A stretch of 63,383 bases of DNA, counting the filler, from Dimorphilus gyrociliatus (Eukaryota; Animalia; Annelida): NCBI GenBank assembly GCA_904063045.1. It is 7 parts of 7 records of this genome, joined end to end, with 100 filler letters (N's around TTAATTAATTAA, not from the genome) between each part and the next. Parts side by side here need not be neighbours in the genome. Positions count along the whole stretch, not along the records: positions 55,151 to 61,504 come from CAJFCJ010000105.1; positions 61,605 to 63,383 come from CAJFCJ010000343.1; 5 more parts are not named here. The stretch is one strand, 5' to 3'. Positions 59,150 through 63,383 of the stretch are shown in pieces; the stretch's first letter is position 1; every line of letters starts with the position of its first letter. A model generated the notes under the pieces. The model was not told the origin of the DNA, made no database searches, and saw nothing but the letters and a program-made list of their open reading frames with translations. Both the position numbers and the translations under genes were made by a program.

Positions 59150-60890
59150 ATTAGTATATGTACAAAATTCAAAGCTCTATCATAATTAATAATAAATCTA
59201 GTTTTTTTCTGACGAATATTTTAAGGCTTACAACAGAGTATATATGTAGTGTTCCTTAGAATCCATATCTCAGCAACTACTTGGCCAATTTTCATGAAAT
59301 TTTCACCAAAATTATTGTCAGAAAAAAGTATGTACAATTAGAAAGACCATTGGTACATTTATTAAGTATTTCTCATTTAAAAAATATTAATTAGAATACT
59401 GAATTATATAAGGAAACTGCATTAAAATTTAACGCACCATAGCTCCCAAACTATAGGAGATATTTGAATTCTGTTAAAAGATTTGCAATCAGCATATCCA
59501 TATTGGTTTATGTGCAAAATTTGAAAGCTCTATGATAATTAATAAGTAATTTAGGTTTTTGATGACGAATATTTTAATGTTACAAGCAGAGTTTTAATAT
59601 AACATTCATAGGAATCCATATCTCAGCAACTACTTCAATGATTTTGATCAAATTTGAAGTAAAATTAATGACAGAATGAGACCATATTAAATTACAATGA
59701 ATCAAAATTGTAAAAGTTAATTGAAAGAAAAGTTTTAATATTTGTTTTAAAAAGTTGTTTTATTTAAAAAGAAAAAGGTATATAAAAATGAAAAACAAAT
59801 AAATCTCTATAATCTAGAATTAAAAACATATGAAATGAAAAATAATGATAAAGTTATTGTCTATATAATTGTTTCAAAAACTGCTTCAGAAGTTTCAAGA
59901 GACAAGTTTGTTCTTTTTTATATTCTTTGAATATGAAGTCTATGAATTTGAATTTTGCAATCCTAAATGTACTTTCAACTCTAGGTAGTAGAAAGTTAGC
60001 AGTCAAAGAAAAAACACACCAAAATCAAAGTTTACAACAATTTCATACATTAATTAAGTATATGTCATTTAAAAAATATTAATTATTATAATGAATTATA
60101 TAAGAAAAATGTATTATTTTTTTTTAACGCACCATAACTCAAAAACTATAAGAGATAATTAAAATCTGTAAAAAGATTTGAAATTGGCATATCAATATTA
60201 GTCTATGTACAAAATTTGAATACTCCGTGATTATTAGTAAGAAGTTTAGTTTTTGATGATGAATATTTCAACATTAAAAACAGAGTTTATATATAACATT
60301 CATAGGAATGCATATCTTAGCAACTACTGGACCAATTTTGATCAAATTTGAAGTAAAATTATTGGCAGAAGAAGACATGGATAATTAGAAATATATTAGT
60401 TACACAAAGACAATATTTTCCATTTAAAAAAAAAAATTTATATAATGAATTATATAAGGAAGATGCTACTAAACTTCAAGGTAACCTAGCTAGGAAACCA
60501 TAAGAGATAATTGAATTCTGTGAAAAGATTTGAGATTGGCGTAAGAATATTAGCTTATGTACCAAATTTGAAAGCTCTATCTTAAATATTAACAAATTTA
60601 ATTTTTTTATGACGAATATTTTTTTATCTATATTAGCCTGTAACAGTGTTAAAGTACAACATTCAAAAGAATGCATATCTCAGCAACTACTGGGCCGATT
60701 TTGATCAAATTTGAACTATAATTATTGTCAGAAAAAAATTTGTACAATTAGAAAGACATTCGGTACATTAATTAAGTATTTGTCATTTAAAAAACATTAA
60801 TTATTATAATGAATTATATAAGGAATATGCATTAAATATTAAGTAAATGTAGCTCTCAAACTATAAGAGATACTTGAATTCTGTAAAAAG
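59150..60890. repeat. Degenerate ~355-bp tandem repeat
   Basis: CATATCT(C/T)AGCAACTAC anchors at ~59263, 59616, 60311, 60674 with colinear flanking motifs. Confidence 0.7.
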
Positions 60891-60896
60891 ATTTAT

Positions 60897-61504
60897 TGTA
60901 CAACTTTGGTTATATTTTACATGCTTGAACTCTATTATTTTATGCAACATATACATGTACATCTTAAAACCTATGCAAGAAAATGCTATAACATTGGCCA
61001 AACATAAGTCTGATTAGTCAGCTTGAAGGTTCATCTTTAATTACCAATAAAGGTTTGGCCAAGTTATAATTTAATTAACTTGCCTAGGGTGTGGCCAAGT
61101 TATAATTCAATTAACCTTCCTAAATGTTGAACCTTGTAACATCCTGTTACTAAAGATAAATATGAACTACACATTTTGGCAACTGTAAAGTGATGATTGG
61201 ATGTCAGAGACAAACCTCAAAGTATATAAATCCTCACTATTGTCATTTGGCATGCAGCTTCCATCTGGACCCAAGGACCTGGGAAAATCATCTGGAAACA
61301 ACCTCCACTGGAACCATCCATCTACTCCTCAACATTGGAAGACAGTTTGGTAATTTGGCAACCTGCTATTACAAACTATCTACTCTGCTATTGAACTCTC
61401 ATATTGTTACTTGCTTAAGTATTATTATTGCGAATAAACCATTTTAATTTAAACATTTGTTTAAAGGTTCGAGTAGAACCAGTATTGTTATAACTTGCAA
61501 ACGC
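60897..61504 (+). repeat. Second copy of the gypsy LTR, cut by the contig end
   Basis: About six differences over ~608 bp versus 49028-49636 (counted by eye). Confidence 0.92.
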
Positions 61505-61604
61505 NNNNNNNNNNNNNNNNNNNNNNNNNNNNNNNNNNNNNNNNNNNNTTAATTAATTAANNNNNNNNNNNNNNNNNNNNNNNNNNNNNNNNNNNNNNNN
61601 NNNN
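61505..61604. other. Artificial contig linker
   Basis: N44-TTAATTAATTAA-N44. Confidence 0.98.
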
Positions 61605-62734
61605 TAGAATAGTCCATTGCCTGTTGTATGATTTCCTGTCAGGTAGATTGTCTCTAGCTTGGCACATTCTTTAAAAAGGTTTCCAATATGTCTACATTGC
61701 CCATCGTTTAAATTACAACAGCTGAAGTCTATCTCTTTTAAACAGTTTGATGATTGGATGAGTCCTTTACAAATGTTAAATAATCCTTCTCCCATCTGAA
61801 CATTCCATGCCAAGTTGATTGTGTCTATTTTAGAGCAACTTTCGAAAAGCTTTCCAATCTTTCTACATTGTTCCTCTTCTAAATTGCAGCCTTTGAAATC
61901 AATCTTTATCAGCTGTTTCGCTGATTTTAATGTGTCAGCAATATTCCTTAATATTTGTTCTGATATTAGTGTATTTGATACATCAATGATTTGAAACATT
62001 TCTTTATTCAATTTTCTTGAATTTTCCAAATGAAATTCATTAATATTTTCTGTATTCAAGGAAACTTGATCCAAAATTTTGTAATTAATTTCCAGATTTT
62101 CATCGATTTGTATATCAGGATTTTTGATGTTTTGTAAAAAATCATCTAATTCATCCTTTTCGTTGAAAAGTTTCTGGAATAATCTTTCTCTCTCTTTCGC
62201 AAAATTTTTAAAGTCTTTCCTAACATCTTGAAATTTTTTTTCCAGTTTATCTATCGCATGCTTTTCGCAATTATTTATTTTATTAATAATTCTTTCATTG
62301 ATTCTTGACTGTTCAAGTAGAAAATTTGAAACTTTTTCTGTCCTCTTTAAATGTTTTCGCATAGAGGAAACTTTACAATTTGCATGATTTTCATCTAGGC
62401 ATAGAATACATAAATTTTCTATATTGTGAGTTTGACAATATATTGAAGATTCCTGGTGATGATCTTCACACTGATCTATAATTTTTGTAACCTTCTTTAG
62501 GAATTTAACCACAGGATTTACAGGCAATTGGTCAATTTGAAATTCAGGTAATCTGCATTTTTGCCTACACTCTGGACAGGTAATTTGAACACCTCTAACT
62601 GGTAATTGTTTCAGGCATTTGTAACAAAACGTATGATGGCAAGAGAGAATTCTGGGATCGTTTTCCAGCCAAAAATCTAAGCAAATGGCACATATTAAAT
62701 CCTCACTATTGATTGAATATCCTTTGGCAGCCAT
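61605..62734 (-). CDS. RING-HC + B-box + coiled coil + RI-like LRR protein (TRIM-like), 3' end off contig
   Basis: CAIC...LSCHHTFCYKC...CPECR; CEDH...YCQTH...CILC...H..C; LIKIDFKGCNL, LKEIDFSCCNL, LETIYLTGN. Confidence 0.85.
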
Positions 62735-63383
62735 TTTTTAAGATATCTACTTGATTCGATAGCATTTATTTATATTAAATTTGCTTAACTGATAAGAATT
62801 TCTTTATCGTTTGATACAGATTAAGCTGGTACCCGTCCACTGACAATCCTCTCTTTCACCCAACCAACATCTGGCCAAAAGGTAATGATTTATGTCCGAA
62901 TATCACTGTGAAAAATTGGTAAACAACTAAAATAGTCTTCATTTATTCTCCCACATAAAAAATCCTGATATTTTACTTACTCATTCAACAAAATTTTTAT
63001 ATTTACTTTTGGTGTAAAACTTTGAATAATATCATAAAATAATGTGAATGTAATGAAAAATATTCTGTACATATCTCTTTTGATCAGGGCTTAAATAACA
63101 ACAATTAAAACTGAGAAAATTTTCCTTTTTCAATAAACCTGCAGCCTTTGTCAATTGCAGCCTTTCTTAACCTAATTTTTTTTTTTTTTACAGCCACCTT
63201 GTGAAATTTTCTGTTTAGATATAAACCTGTACAGATTAACTATTTTTAATTGATAATAAAAATGATTAATACACAGAAACTAATATCCTTTACAAAAAAT
63301 TATCAAAAAATTGTTTTTCTTTTATAAAATCCAGTTTTAGTAATTATACCTCGAAAAAAGGGGGTAGTTAAAAATGAGTCACC

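Overview
This window is not one locus. Six identical 100-bp artificial linkers (N44-TTAATTAATTAA-N44) join seven contigs from probably at least three organisms. (A) 1-15830: very AT-rich eukaryotic DNA packed with transposons (Merlin/IS1595-like, IR/DR Tc1, pogo-type, APE-RT LINE); microsporidian-like by inference only. (B, C, E, F, G): an AT-rich invertebrate with ~50-60-nt introns. These carry PHD-FLYWCH-MULE transposons inserted in lectin/C1q genes, a fascin fragment, a small Cys-hairpin secreted peptide gene, a TTAGGG telomere, an LDLa-repeat receptor gene interrupted by a Ty3/gypsy element, a 57-aa LRR array and a RING-B-box-coiled-coil-LRR gene. (D) 34919-46180: a Vibrionaceae-like bacterial contig (frameshifted luxM, LysR regulator, Tat-lipoprotein phosphoesterase, sulfatase/anSME/TPR operon, MoxR-DUF58). 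The most striking unannotated signals are three. First, two minus-strand minimal type I hammerhead ribozymes on different contigs, with covarying stems, each downstream of the same 20-nt telomere-seeded junction (GGTTAGGGTTACACAGGGGT). Second, a gypsy Pol with a second retropepsin domain after the integrase. Third, a spliced subtelomeric CX3C-X11-CX3C peptide precursor. Many frameshifts are single-base losses in homopolymers, so 'pseudogene' calls may be sequencing error. No database searches were run; family calls rest on motif recognition.
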